Below are positions 25,784 to 38,654 of a stretch of DNA of 64,000 nucleotides, in pieces. The notes beneath the pieces were generated by a model. It worked only from the letters and a program-made list of their open reading frames with translations. It had not been told where the DNA came from and ran no database searches. The first letter of the stretch is position 1. Each line of letters begins with the position of its first letter. Source of the DNA: Octopus vulgaris (Eukaryota); NCBI GenBank assembly GCA_951406725.2, contig OX597825.1:61814001-61878000 (forward strand), in the 5' to 3' direction. The translations under genes were made by a program, and so were the position numbers.

Positions 25784-25891
25784 ACAACTGGTTTCAGATG
25801 AACTATGTCTGTAGCTATGACTGGTGGCCTGATGTAGTTTTCTCAATAGTAATGGTTTCTTACATGTTATATTTATTTCAAACTAAGTTGA
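25784..25891 (+). other. Candidate 108-nt coding exon (phase 1-1)
   Basis: Strong acceptor TTTTTCTTCTTCTTATTTTGCAG, open frame NWFQMNYVCSYDWWPDVVFSIVMVSYMLYLFQTKL, donor A|GTATGT. No partner exons identified. Confidence 0.3.
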
Positions 25892-26410
25892 GTATGTTTG
25901 TCTTATTTTATTTCTACAAATGGAAGTAACTGATGCAGTTGTTGCTTAACCCCCTTTTAATTGTGATCAAGCAGACCTCTTATCTAAAGTGTTTGTCATG
26001 ATCATCCAGTCTGTTTAGCGCTATTTAGTGTTATTAGGAGCATCTATGTTCCATCTGTGTATAAGACAGTAGGATAAGATTAGAGGGATAACTGACTGCC
26101 ATTTATAACAGATCAAATGATTGCACAGAAGCTTCTTCCTTTTAGCCAGGCATTTCTGTAATATCAATTTTAACCATTTTTATTCTTTAGTAATAACCAG
26201 AGTGCAAAGAACCTATGAGTGGTCTGTGTTTGTTAAAATCTTCATACCAAATCAACTTGGTAAACACTTCTACAAACTCACCAATAGCAGTTGTAACACT
26301 GTTAATGTGTTATATCCTTAAATGTTTCTTGATATTTATTGCTCAGTTATACTATACCTCTGGACATGCTGGCAGCAAACTTCAGTTGATACTCACAAGT
26401 CCATTTTCCT

Positions 26411-26755
26411 CACCATCATCATCATTGTTCGACCGTGGTCGAGACAATGGAATTTACCATGTTGCGCCAGACTTCACGGTCCATCATAGCATTACGGAGG
26501 TCCTGTTGCTGGATGCCTGTATCACTGGAGATTACATCAGGGTAGGAGAGTGTGCACCCTCTGGTGTTGCGAGTAGATGGCTTCCAGAGGAGAAGAGTAG
26601 AAATTACTTCTTTTTCAGCTCTACAACAATGTCCAGCAAACTGGACTCTCCTACCTTTCACAAGAGATGACACAGGTGGTAATTTCCCATATATTTGCAT
26701 TTTAGTTGGATGGCGCCTCCACGAGAGATTTTGAGCTCTCATAAGGAGGATCATC
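26411..26755 (-). mobile_element. RTE-group LINE 3' end (ORF C-terminus still open)
   Basis: RAQNLSWRRHPTKMQIYGKLP...RRVQFAGHCCR...LLLWKP...MMDREVWR, with the stop running into a (TGA)n tail. Confidence 0.88.
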
Positions 26756-26769
26756 TACATTTGAGTTAA

Positions 26770-27038
26770 CCCTTTCATTACTATATTTATTTTGAGATGA
26801 TCTGCATGTCTTTCAAGTATTTTAAATATAACAAAGAATTTAGTAAAATAACTTAGCTATCATTCAGCTAATGTTAAGAACATAAATTGTGAGTAAGGTT
26901 TGGTGGGAGATTTTAATTCAAAACTTATGATAATAAAACTTATGAATGATAACAAAGATATTTTATTAAATTCTTTGTTATATTAAAGTAACTGAAAGAA
27001 ACACAGAACATCTCAAAATAAATGCAATAATGAAAGGG
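26770..27038. mobile_element. piggyBac-type MITE, family P2 derivative with about 80-bp inverted ends
   Basis: TTAA|CCCTTTCATTAC...TAATGAAAGGG|TTAA. Confidence 0.85.
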
Positions 27039-27097
27039 TTAATCAAAAATACTTACTTGCTGTTAAACAAGATAGTTAATGCTGCTTTATTGGTTAA

Positions 27098-27680
27098 TCT
27101 GTTAGTGTTCAGATTACACTGTCTAATATAATGCTTATTTATTCACATTGTTTTGAATTAATTATCCTGTAGTTTTGAGGTTTCGATGATATGAATGTAT
27201 ATTTTTAGAATGATGTGGTGACCACCTTCGGTTAGACACTGACCATGGGTTTGCACCTAGAGATATCCCTCTGAGGCACAAGTCTGGGCAAGGTTGTTTT
27301 ATGGAAGACCAGCAGTTGCCCATGCATACCAGCCTCCCCTCTCCACGTCACCAATGTTGTCCAAGGGAAACACAAGGGCCGATACAGCTTGGCACCTGTG
27401 ACGTCGCAACTCATTTCTACAGCTGAGTGTACTGGAGCAACGTGAAATAAAGTGTCTTGCTCAAGAACACAACATGCAGCCCGGTCCGGGATTCGAGCTC
27501 ACAACCTCACGATCGTAAGCTCGACGCTCTAACCATTGAGCCACAGGCCTTCACATGATGTAGGGCAGGTGAAACAGGCAGAATGATGTAGGGTAGGTGA
27601 AACAGGCAGAATCTAGCTAATCTGATCATAAAACAAGTAGAATATTTTGTCCATACATAGCCAGTTCAAATGCTAAAGGG
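27098..27680. mobile_element. Degraded P1 MITE interrupted by a SINE
   Basis: TTAGTGTTCAGATTAC...AAATGCTAAAGGG matches 19499-19718. Confidence 0.75.
27217..27554 (-). mobile_element. tRNA-derived CORE SINE, body D plus tail 4
   Basis: Head TGGCTCAATGGTTAGAGCG...CTCGAATCCC, CORE-like TGTGTTCTTGAGCAAGACACTT; TSD ATGATGT; matches 62675-63016. Confidence 0.9.
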
Positions 27681-28090
27681 TGAAATATAACAGTTAGATG
27701 GTGAAAGGGCTAGACAGACACTGTTGATACTTTCTTTGTCAAAGTCAAAAGGATAAAATTCAGTGTTGATCTCAGTGGAACTTGTACTTACAACATCAGC
27801 GGGCTAGTATTCTGATAATCCTTTCTACTATGGGCGCAAAGCCTGAAATTTGGGGTAGAGGGGATAGTTGATTACATTGACCCCAGTTACCAGCTGGTAC
27901 TTATTTTATCAATCCTCCAAAAAATGAAAGGCAAAGTCAACCTTGGTGGAAAAAATTGAATTCAAAACATGAAAATGGACTAAATGCCACCAAACATTTT
28001 GTCTGGAATGCTAATGGTTCTGAAAGTTTGCTGCCTTAGCTGGTGTTCTAATAGTACAACACAAAATATTTGGTGCTCTAAGGACTCAGC

Positions 28091-28232
28091 TAACCAACCA
28101 AACAAACCAACCAACCACCAAACCAACCAACCAACCAACCAACCAAACCAACCAACCAACCAACCACCAAACCAACCAACCAACCAACCAACCAGCCAAC
28201 CAACCAACCGACCGACCGACCGACCGACCAAC
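28091..28232. repeat. (AACC/GACC)n microsatellite
   Basis: Directly visible. Confidence 0.95.
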
Positions 28233-28595
28233 CACTTCTATGAATAATAATGTAAAGAAAAAGTGACAGAAAAATTGGAAACAATATAAAATTTCTTGTT
28301 TTATTTTTCTTGTGAGAAAAAATATATTTATCACATTATACTTTGTCACACCACAAAGAAATAGAACTCTTCATTATTAAATAAATGAAAAAAAAAAAAC
28401 CCAACAAAGTAGGATGCTAAGAATCAATTAGATAATGATAGAATTTGAGAAGTTTACTGCTAAAACAATTCAGCTTAACGAGTTGTTTTCTTAAGCATTC
28501 TTTGAATCTAATTACAAATGCAAGTATGAGTACAGATTAAAGAATCTTATAGCTCCAAGTACATTATGATTCCTGGTTTCAAAACAAGTTTAACC

Positions 28596-29110
28596 TCATC
28601 ATCATCATCATTCAATGTCCATTTTCCATGCTGTCATGTGTTGGACGACTTGACAGGAGCTGACAAGGACAAGGGTCACACCAGAGTTTATTGTCTGTTT
28701 TGGCTTGGTTTCTATGGACGAATGCCTTTCCTAATGCCAACCATTTTACTAAGTGTACTGGGTGCTTTTTGAATAGCACCATCACCAGTACTTTATACAT
28801 GACACCAGCACCAGTGCTTTTTATATGGCACTATGGCTTTAAGATCTCAATCCTGTTGTAAAGGCTGGGTCTTCTTTGGTACAGCAATACACCTTATATC
28901 TTGGTCCTTCATAAAGCTCAGCATTTTACTTGGAAAGAGAAACCTTTGGTTGCCAACAGAGGTAAAAACTCTCTGGACTTTCTCCATCCTATTCCTATTC
29001 TAGCTATTGCACATTTAGAATATCTTCATCCACTGCTAATTAGGTCACCTAGTTAGCAGAAATTAACTACTACTTTCAGAGAGCCTCAAGCAAATTTGAG
29101 GAAATCAGTT
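28596..29110 (-). mobile_element. Decayed, internally deleted RTE LINE fragment
   Basis: Minus strand LKVVVNFC*LGDLISSG...ARIGIGWRKSREFLPLLATKGFS plus an RTE tail ending in (GAT)n. Confidence 0.78.
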
Positions 29111-29360
29111 TCCCATGGCTCCTGTGCATCTACATACAAAAATTACTTTCTCTGTTAACCTTTCTTATTTCTTAGAAGGGACAAACCTTTCTTAGAAGGG
29201 ACAAACAAAGGGATTAAGTCGATTACATCAACCCCAGTCCATAAATAGTACTTAATTTATTGACCCTGAAAGGTTGAAAGGCAAAGTCAACCTTGGTGGA
29301 ATTTGAACTCAGAATGTAACAGCAGATGAAATACCGATAAGCATTTCGCCCGGCATGCTA

Positions 29361-29432
<72 letters not shown>

Positions 29433-29435
<3 letters not shown>

Positions 29436-29839
29436 GTGTATGTATCAGTAATTACTCAGGGCAGGTAGTTGGAGACCTTAATGAAGTAAAACACAAACAC
29501 AAAACATAAGTGAAATACAGGTGCACAACTGATTTGAAGGCAGATTTACTTCTGCCTTTATAGTGCTTAATGAAAATGGCGTTATAGGAGTGTACATAGC
29601 ATGTGTACTGCAGCAGTACTAAAGTTTAAATTCTGAGATTGAAAGGCAGGGGCGAATTATGCCTACCTAATCTACAAAAAATATAAAACATTTTGCATTT
29701 TATGCATAGTAATCAGACCAACCTTCATAGTTTTATTGAATTAAGTGCATATTTTGCCATAAAAAGAAAACGTTGCTATCAGTCTATTTTATCCAGGGTA
29801 GGCACTGACTACCTTGCCTTCCTGGACAGCATGTCCCTG
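29433..29839. mobile_element. About 400-bp non-autonomous DNA element (CAGG...CCTG ends, hAT-like) in (TA)n
   Basis: Second copy at 46307-46694; imperfect terminal inverted repeats; subterminal GGGTAGGCA-like motifs. Confidence 0.75.
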
Positions 29840-30029
29840 ATATATACACATTTAATTTAGAAGGTCGTTTGTTATGGTTGGTCAAAGAGTAACCATTGAT
29901 TGCACACCTGTAATGCACTTAACTATATAGGTGAGTCTTTTAGACTGACAAGGCATTTATGCTGCTAAATACTTCATATATGTGAAACCAATTGTCACTT
30001 TCTGACTGGTCATAATAAACAACTTTCTA

Positions 30030-30923
30030 AATATTCTTTTCTACGCTAGGCACAAGGCCCGAAATTTTGAGGGAGGGGAGCAGTCGATTAGACCAAGCCC
30101 AGTACACAACTGGTATTTAATTTATCGACCCTGGAAGGATAAATGGCAAAGTTGACCTTGGTGGAATTTGAACTCAGGACATAAAGACAGACGAAATACC
30201 ACTAAGCATATTCCCTACCATGCTAACATTTCTGCCAGCTCACCACCTTAGATAAATAATCTTTTCTACTCTGGGCACAAGGAGGGGGCCAGTCGATTAG
30301 AGAGACCCTAGTATACAACTAGTATTTAATTTATTGACCCCAAAAGGATGAGAGGCAAAGTCGGCCTTGGCAGAATTTGAACTCTGAATGTAAAGAGAGA
30401 TGAAATACTTATTTCTTTACTACCCACAAGGGGATAAACACAGAGAGGACAAACAAGGGCAGACAAACGGATTAAGTCGATTACATCGACCCCAGTGCAT
30501 AACTGGTACTTACTTAATCGACCCCGAAAGGATGAACGGCAAAGTCGACCTCGGCGGAATTTGAACTCAGAATGTAGCGGCAAGCTAAATACTGCTAAGC
30601 ATATTGCCCGACACGCTAACGTTTCTGCCAGCTTAACAGATGAAATACTACCAAGCATTTCACCCGGAGTGCTAAGGTTTCTACCAGCTCACCACCTTAG
30701 ATAAATAATCTTTTCTACTCTAGGCACAAGGCTCAAAATTTTGAGGGTAGGGGCTAGTTAATTAGATTGACCCCAGTACACAACTGGTACTTGATTTATT
30801 GAACCTGGAAGGATAAAAGGCAAAGTTGACCTTGGTGGAATTTGAACTCAGAACATAAAGACAGATGAAATACCACTAAGCATTTTGCCCGCGGTCCTAA
30901 TGTTTCTGCCGGCTCACCAACTT
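30030..30923 (-). mobile_element. Three tandem SINE A' copies with a SINE A (30410-30633) nested in the middle one
   Basis: Repeating units CTTTTCTAC(T/G)CT(A/G)GGCACAAGG...GCTCACCA(C/A)CTT; inner copy flanked by AGATGAAATACT. Confidence 0.88.
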
Positions 30924-31054
30924 AACTTTCTAAATATTACTACTCTCATGTTTTAGAGCATGCATCTTTTATAGATATATGAACTGCTGACCAATACATT
31001 ACATTCATGCATAAGGATTATGTTGCTCATCAAATGTTATGCCATGAATTGAAA

Positions 31055-31430
31055 AATATTCATAAGATGTTTGCTTCTCAACCACATGGTACAAGATTTA
31101 GTCCCACTGGGTGGCACCTTAGGCAAGTGCTTTCTTTTATAGCCTTGGGCTGACCAAAGCCTTGTGAGAGGATTTGGTAACCAGAAATAGAAAGAAGTCC
31201 ATCATATATATATATGTGAACCTCTGTGTTGATGTTTGTCCCTTACAATTACTTCACAGCTGGTATTGCTGTGTTTGCATTCTTGTAACTCTGCAAGTTT
31301 GGCCTAAGAGGCTTATATAAGTACCAATGTTTAAAAACCCAATAATTTCTGGGATCGATTTATTTGACTAAAATTCTTCTAGGTGTTGCCCCAGCATGGC
31401 CACAGTCCGACAACTGAAACGAGTAGAAGG
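31055..31430 (+). mobile_element. Old SINE family B
   Basis: Degraded head, core and tail (GGTGTTGCCCCAGCATGGCCACAG). Confidence 0.8.
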
Positions 31431-32399
31431 AATAGGGTGAAATCTAAAAAGGTAACTTGCTGTTCTAGAACTTGGCTATGAATAAATATAAAGACAGAGC
31501 CTTTCACAATATTGTATGCACCAAGAATTTTCCATAATGCCATGAAATGTGCTATCTAAAGTTTTGCACATATTTGCACAATTATTTGTGACCGAAAACA
31601 TTCTGTTTAAAACAAACAATTAACAATTTTAATTTTGAATGCCATACCTCGAAATCTGTATAATTTAAATGATAAGAAAGCAATTACTGCCTTTTGCAGT
31701 TTTTGGCATTAACATGGAATCAATACTTGTATGTTTCTTAAGTGTATTTGAAATTGAAAATTCTAGCTTCCATTCTGTGAATGTAACAAGCTGTTATTGC
31801 TTTTCTAACTCTCATTGAAGTTTTTATTTTCTTTATAATTTACTAATCGTTATATCACCTCTAATAACTAACATTTTCCTCCTAAATCTCTGAAAATAAA
31901 TACATATTTCAACTGAAAACAGTCGTAATAAATCTCTGCAAATTTGCAGTATTCAACAAAAGCCGAAAAACCACAAAGAAAATAACACAGATAAAGGTGT
32001 TAGTAAAGTACATTGGTGACAATAAAACAAAAGCTCTAGCATGTTAAAGACAATAATAGATAAAACAAGAATTCTGATATAACTGTAATTTTTTCTTTTT
32101 ATTCAACTGGTTAAGTCTTCACTTGATTAAAACCAAAGAATCTTACAAGAACAGTATTTTAGAATCACAGGAATTTTCTGAACATGAAAGCTCAACCACG
32201 TAATTAACAAGATAAACAGCACCTGTATTGCCACCAACTTATATAGGATGATGTGTATCATATTCACTATAATTCTAACCATTTGCAAAACATTGTATTT
32301 TCTCTATGTAGCAATCATCATCTGCAAAACACGTCTGCAATTATGTGATGAATTGCTGGTTGTACACAACAATGTATTAACCCAAATGATTCTTCGGGA

Positions 32400-32739
32400 T
32401 AATAATGGTGGAGGTGAGGATAATGGTAGTGGTGACGGAGTGTTGTTAGTAGTGGTGATCATAATGGTAATGACCATAACAGTGGTGGTGGTGGTGGTGA
32501 TGGAGATGCAGTGGTGGGGGGGTTCACGGTGCTACCATTATCATCATCTCAGCAGTAGCTGATAATGGTAATGATGATGGTGGTGGTGGTGGCCGTGGTG
32601 ATGATGATGATGATGATGTTGATTGGGAGTGATGGTGATGGTGATGGTGGTGATGCTGGTGGTAGTGGTGGTGGTGATATGGTTGTGATGATGCAGATGA
32701 TGATGGTGGTGGTGGTGGTGGTGGTGGTGGTGGTAGTGG

Positions 32740-32794
<55 letters not shown>

Positions 32795-32831
32795 GGTGGT
32801 GGTGGTGGTGGTGGTGGTGGGGTGATGATGT

Positions 32832-32875
<44 letters not shown>

Positions 32876-32915
32876 GTGATGATGATGGTGATGGTGATGG
32901 TGGTGGTGGTGGTGG
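32400..32915. repeat. Compound (GAT)n/(GGT)n microsatellite
   Basis: Directly visible; yields the poly-His/Pro/Thr pseudo-ORFs. Confidence 0.97.
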
Positions 32916-33470
32916 AAGGGGGTGACAATGATGTGACAGGAATTTCGAAAGTAAGTAAAATAACAAACATTGAAACAACAGCAGACATTCTTCCAATTTG
33001 CTAAACAAAAGTAGGATGCGAACAGAATCAAAATCAAAAACCAAAGTGAAGAAAATTGTAAATATTTTGCAACACAGCTATGCATACATGTGTGTGTGTG
33101 TGGGTGCGTTTACACCTGTGTGAATGTTAGTGCGTGCATGTGTGTATGTGTTGTTGTGTGCATGCGATGAAGATGTTATATCTTGTTTCAGCATCATTTA
33201 TGATTTGCGAATCAAATATGACATTGCCTTCATATCAAATTTTCATATTTTCTACAATGACTTTATTGTGCCCCTCAGTTATGTAAAATCCTTACAAAAT
33301 GAAATAAAATATATATATTTAAAAACTTCGAGAATTTCTTTCAATTCATATGGCAATCCAATCAAACTGAAACACAAAATGAAGTTATTCCCCAGAAAAT
33401 ATATCTTAAATGTCAATAGCTATTAGAAATACATATACATATACATACATATACATATATACATATATAC

Positions 33471-33508
<38 letters not shown>

Positions 33509-33774
33509 AATCTTATATTCAGGTGTACACTTATACACCTTGTAGTATGCAGTTTAAAGCCTGTTCACAGCATTTGGCTACCTGGTGTCAACTACAAAAT
33601 GGTGGTATAAGCCACTGGATTTGCTTCTAGAATTCATTTGTGTTCGTAGAGTTTATATTCAAAATATGAGAGACAGAATAAGGAATCATAAAAGTAAAAC
33701 AAAATATAACAAAAATTAGCTTTGAAGGCACTGTCATCCCTGTTCTTGTAAAAGTATATTATACATACATACAT

Positions 33775-33819
<45 letters not shown>

Positions 33820-33821
<2 letters not shown>

Positions 33822-34230
33822 GGCACAGGAGTGGCTGTGTGGTAAGTAGCTTGCTAACCAACCACATGGTTCTGGGTTCAGTCCCACTGCGTGGCACCTT
33901 GGGCAAGTGTCTTCTGCTATAGCCCCAGGGCCGACCAATGCCTTGTGAGTGGATTTGGTAGACGGAAACTGAAAGAAGCCTGTCGTATATATGCATATAT
34001 ATATATGTGTGTGTTTGCGTGTCTGTGTTTGTCCCCCTAGCATTGCTTGACAACCGATGCTGGTGTGTTTACGTCCCCGTCACTTAGTGGTTCGGCAAAA
34101 GAGACTGATAGAATAAGTACTGGGCTTACAAAAAATAAGTCCTGGGGTCGATTTGCTTGACTAAAGGTGGTGCTCCAGCATGGCCGCAGTCAAGTGACTG
34201 AAACAAGTAAAAGAGTAAAGAGTAAAGAGT
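33820..34230 (+). mobile_element. SINE family B, near-consensus
   Basis: Full-length match. Confidence 0.93.
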
Positions 34231-34602
34231 ATATATATATATATAAGGAGAAATCAATGAAAAAAACAAAAGACGAAGACAGGTAGGATAGAAAACAAAC
34301 AGATGTATTAGTATAATGCTCAGGAATTGAAAAAGTCTTTTATGTTTCGGGCCTTGTACCTAGAGTAGAATATTGGTACACTGTTAAGGTGCCGTGCTGG
34401 CTGAATTATAAGCTTGCTTGGCAAATTGCTTAGCAGTATTTCATTTGTATTCATGTTCTGAGTTCTAATTCCACCAAGGTCGAATTTACCTTTCATCTTT
34501 TCAGTATCAATAAAGTGAGTATTAGTTGAGCCCTGGAGTCAGAGTTTCTGACTTTATGCCAAAGTCTGAAACAAATATTGGTACAATGTCAGCATAAAAA
34601 GT

Positions 34603-34890
34603 GTAAAGACCCCACCTTCGATTATGAATGACTATTGGTATGCATCTAGAAAGTTCTCCTCTGAGGTACAAGTCTGGGCTAGGTTGTTTATGGAAGGCCA
34701 GCAATCACCCATGCATATCAGCCTACTTTCTCCATGCCACCTATGTGATCCAAGGGAAAGGCAGATGCAGCCTGGCACCAGTGACATCGCAACCCATTTC
34801 TATAACTGAGTGAACTGGAGTAACATGAAATAAAATGTCTTGCTCAAGAACGCAACACACTGCCTGGTCCAGGAATTGAACTCACTACTC
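34603..34890 (-). mobile_element. SINE body D plus tail 4, head truncated
   Basis: Matches 62675-62970. Confidence 0.82.
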
Positions 34891-35271
34891 CACCGGCACT
34901 GGCAATGACCTCACTCAAATGTTTTTATCACGTACCAGTAAAGCAATGATGGTAATGATCATGTTCAAATGGGTCTTTTTATGTGCCACCGGCACAGAAT
35001 CCAGTTACCTGCTCTGGCAATGAGCACGCTCGGATGGTGCTCTTAGCGCTCCACTAGCATGCATACCAGTCATTGAATTTGATTTCGATGAATGCAAAAG
35101 CAGATCTCTCTACCTTTCTATATATCAATCAATATAATATATATCACGTGATCACGGGACCGACCAGACCATCAGATGTTGTTACACATCGCTGGTCACA
35201 ATGCGTTCACATTGTTTTAGCCTTTGAATGACGCCACCCCGCTGGCTAAGCGAGCAGGTCAATAATATATA

Positions 35272-35506
35272 TAGGGTGAGTCAAAACTAGTCCTCATTTC
35301 TTGTTTTAGAGTTGATATGTATGACTTAACAACTGGGGGATACTTTTGACTCCTAACTCTTGTTCTACAGATTTGGGATATCAAAGAGTATTACCAACAT
35401 GATAAATGAACCAGATTCAGTAACTTTCGAAACTGTCAGTAAGAATCTGCAAAGCAACAAAAGCATGTCTTTCTAGAAACTAGGCGCTACTTTTGACTCA
35501 CCCTGT
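35272..35506. mobile_element. Tc1/mariner-type MITE
   Basis: TIRs TAGGGTGAGTCAAAACTAG / CTACTTTTGACTCACCCTG flanked by TA. Confidence 0.8.
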
Positions 35507-36584
35507 ATATCTAAGGGGGTGAGTTGGCGGACTCATTAACACGCAGGGCAAAATGCTTAGTGATATTTTGTCCATCTACATTCTGAGTTCAAATTCCACG
35601 GAGGTTGATTTGACCTTTCATCTTCTCAGATGTACCAGCTGAAAACTGGGATTGATGTAATTGACTTTCTCCTATCCTCAAATTGCTGGCCTTGTGCAAA
35701 AATTTGTAACCAATATAATACATATATTTTTTGTGTGCGCATGCATGTGTGTGTGTATCTGTGTGTGTGTGCATGCATGCATGTGTGTAAAATCAAATTT
35801 GAGAGCAATGAGAGGTAAAAAAAGTTTTATTCATTATGCTTACAGCTGTTTCATAGCTGAATGCTGACTACCAAACAACAGTAAACACACTGAATATGTT
35901 TTACTTCTCATTTCTCCTGAATTTGATTACACACACACACATACACACACACTTGCATATGCACATATGTACACACACACAAACCTGTACACAAACATAT
36001 ATATATTCGATGTATTTTGTTATGCATAATTTCATATATTTTCAAAGGCAAAAAAAACTTCCTCATAATGTATGCTAAGAATACTTTCTACTGGGATGTA
36101 AATTTATTTGCATGAAACATATATAATGAGAGAGAAACACAGAAAGATAAGCAGGGAAAGAAGAAGAGTGAAAGAGAATTTATAAGATAGACAGAAAGAG
36201 ATGGAGAGAAAGGGTAATGAATTGGAGGAACATAAATATTTCAATGTGTGTGGGTGTGCATGTGTGTGTGGGGGTGGGGGGCACACGTATGTAAGCATAA
36301 GGATATGAAAATAAATAGATCAACATACAGATGGATAGGTACATAAATTTTATACTGACTTCTTAATGTACTGCATTTGTGAAAGTAACAGGAAAAATAT
36401 TGATAATGAACTGAAAAAATGTTTTAACATATTTTACTTATTGCAGCTAAAGCTCAAAATATCCATCTTTGTAGCTTATACTTATATTTTCATTTTTTAG
36501 GTGCATCCTATTATTTTCTGTGTACATACTTTTATAAATAAATAGATGTATATTTATGTATACATGCACGTATATATGCACATG

Positions 36585-36918
<334 letters not shown>

Positions 36919-36974
36919 AATTCCTCTATTTACATAATACCGATGTCTCTTTCATTCTTTTGTTATTTTAACAT

Positions 36975-38007
36975 TTCTGTCATTAATGTCTGTTGTCCAT
37001 GCTGGCATGGGTTGGATAGTTTGACTGAGGCTGGCAAGCTGGAAGGCTGCACCAGACTCCAGTCTGCTTTTGCATGGTTTCTATGGCTGGATGCCCTTCT
37101 TAATGCCAACCACTCTGAGAGTGCAATAGGTGCTTTTACATGCCACTGGAATGGGTGCCATTTGCATGACACCAGTATCGGCCATGACTGGGATTTTGCT
37201 CAGCTTGATGGATCTTCTTCTCAAGTATGACATAATGCCAAAGGTCTCGGTCATTAAATTTGTGAGGGCCAAGACTCGAAAGCAGCTCGGCCACTTTGCT
37301 TCCGAGGGGCCCAACACTCACAAGGTGCTTCAAAGGTCTTGGTCATTGCCTCCATGAGGCCCATATCTTCCTCAACTGCAGTTTGGCTCGGTTTAAAGGG
37401 TTTTCATCTCAAGCATGATATAATGCCAAAGGTCTCAGTCATTGTCTCCATGAGACCCAACACTCGAAAGAAGTTCAGCCACTTTGCCTACATTAGGCCC
37501 AACACTGAAACAGTGCTCTTTACGTCATACTGGCACAGATTCCACCACAGCTATGGATGCTATCACTGGCATGGGTGCCAGTTATGTGACATCAGCATCA
37601 GCCAAAACTTTAATTTCACTTTGCTGGATGGGTTTTCTCAAGTACTGCATATTGTCAAAGGTCTTGGTCACTATTCATTGCCTTTATGAGGCCCAAAGTT
37701 CAGAGATCATGCTTCACCACCTCGTCCCATGTCTTCCTGGGTCCACCTCTACCACAGGCTCCCTCCACAGTCAGAGATCGAAGCTACTTTACACAGCTGT
37801 CCTCGTTCATACACATCACATGACCATACCAGTGCAGGGTCTCTCTTGCACACAACGTCTGATGCCCCTTATGCCTAACTTTTCTCTCAAGATGTTTACA
37901 CTCTGTTGACCATGCACACTGACATTGCACATCTAATGAAGCATGCTGACTTCCTTTCTTTCAAGCCTATTCATTTCCTTGACTGTCACAGCCCATGTTT
38001 CACTCAG
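36975..38007 (-). mobile_element. 5'-truncated RTE LINE (RT C-terminus plus long 3' UTR)
   Basis: SETWAVTVKEMNRLERKE.SML..MCNVS...LREKLGIRGI...LHWYGHVMCM...VEGACGRGGPRKTWDEVVKHDL. Confidence 0.9.
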
Positions 38008-38342
38008 TTTTAATACACCTTGTTGTTAGTGACTGTATGTTTAAGCCGCTGGCCAGGAATGGTGGGGGACTGATTCCATCGCAACTTTATAGAGAAAGAC
38101 AGGGAGTAATTAAGAAAATAATAAGAATAAGAAAAATAAAACATGCAAAAAAGTAAAACATTATGTGTGTCAGCACCCACATATAGTTACGTCTGTACCC
38201 ACACTTGTGGTCCTGTATAAACATACACTCTCCTATATGCAGAGGTTAAGTAGATGTCATTAAACTCTTTGGTAAATGCCCTACCATTCTTGCTTCATGC
38301 TGTCACCCAAGGCACTATAAAACATAGGTACTATAAAACACA

Positions 38343-38654
38343 TGGAGGCACAATGGCCCAGTGGTTAAGGCAGCGGACTTGCGGTCGTAGGATCACAGTT
38401 TCAATTCCCAGACCGGGTGTTGTGAGTGTTTATTGAGTGAAAACACCTAAAAGCTCCACGAGGCTCCAGCAGGGGGTGGTGGTGATCCCTGCTGTACTCT
38501 TTCGCCACAACTTTCTTTCACTCTTTCTTCTATTGGCCTGGCTGCTTAGCCAGTGGTGTGGCGTCATTTGAAGGCTAAAACAATGTGAAGCACATTGGGA
38601 CCAGCGATGTGTAACGATATCTGATAGCCTGGTAAATCACTTGATCACGTGATA
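38343..38654 (+). mobile_element. tRNA-derived SINE, body C plus tail 2
   Basis: Head TGGCCCAGTGGTTAAGGCAGCG...GTTTCAATTCCC; TSD CTATAAAACA; tail also present alone at about 35142-35262 on the minus strand. Confidence 0.88.

Noticed and set aside
30030-30923. CRISPR-like or satellite array
   Set aside because: The units are SINE copies in a eukaryotic context, with no short repeat/unique spacer pattern and no cas genes.
32524-33085. Poly-His/Pro/Ser/Thr ORFs (and poly-Asp/Met at 17885-18337)
   Set aside because: Trinucleotide microsatellites open in several frames, with no splice or domain context.
33634-34053. Recurrent ORFs such as ...RRHLPKVPRSGTEP... and ...[19 protein letters not shown] seen at many loci
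   Set aside because: Antisense translations of SINE family B, not a gene family.
35371-35476. Apparent acceptor (TTGTTCTACAG) and short open frame
   Set aside because: Lies inside a Tc1/mariner-type MITE; no supporting context.
38343-38420. tRNA genes at SINE heads
   Set aside because: A/B boxes are present but no complete cloverleaf could be folded, and each continues into a SINE body, often with TSDs.
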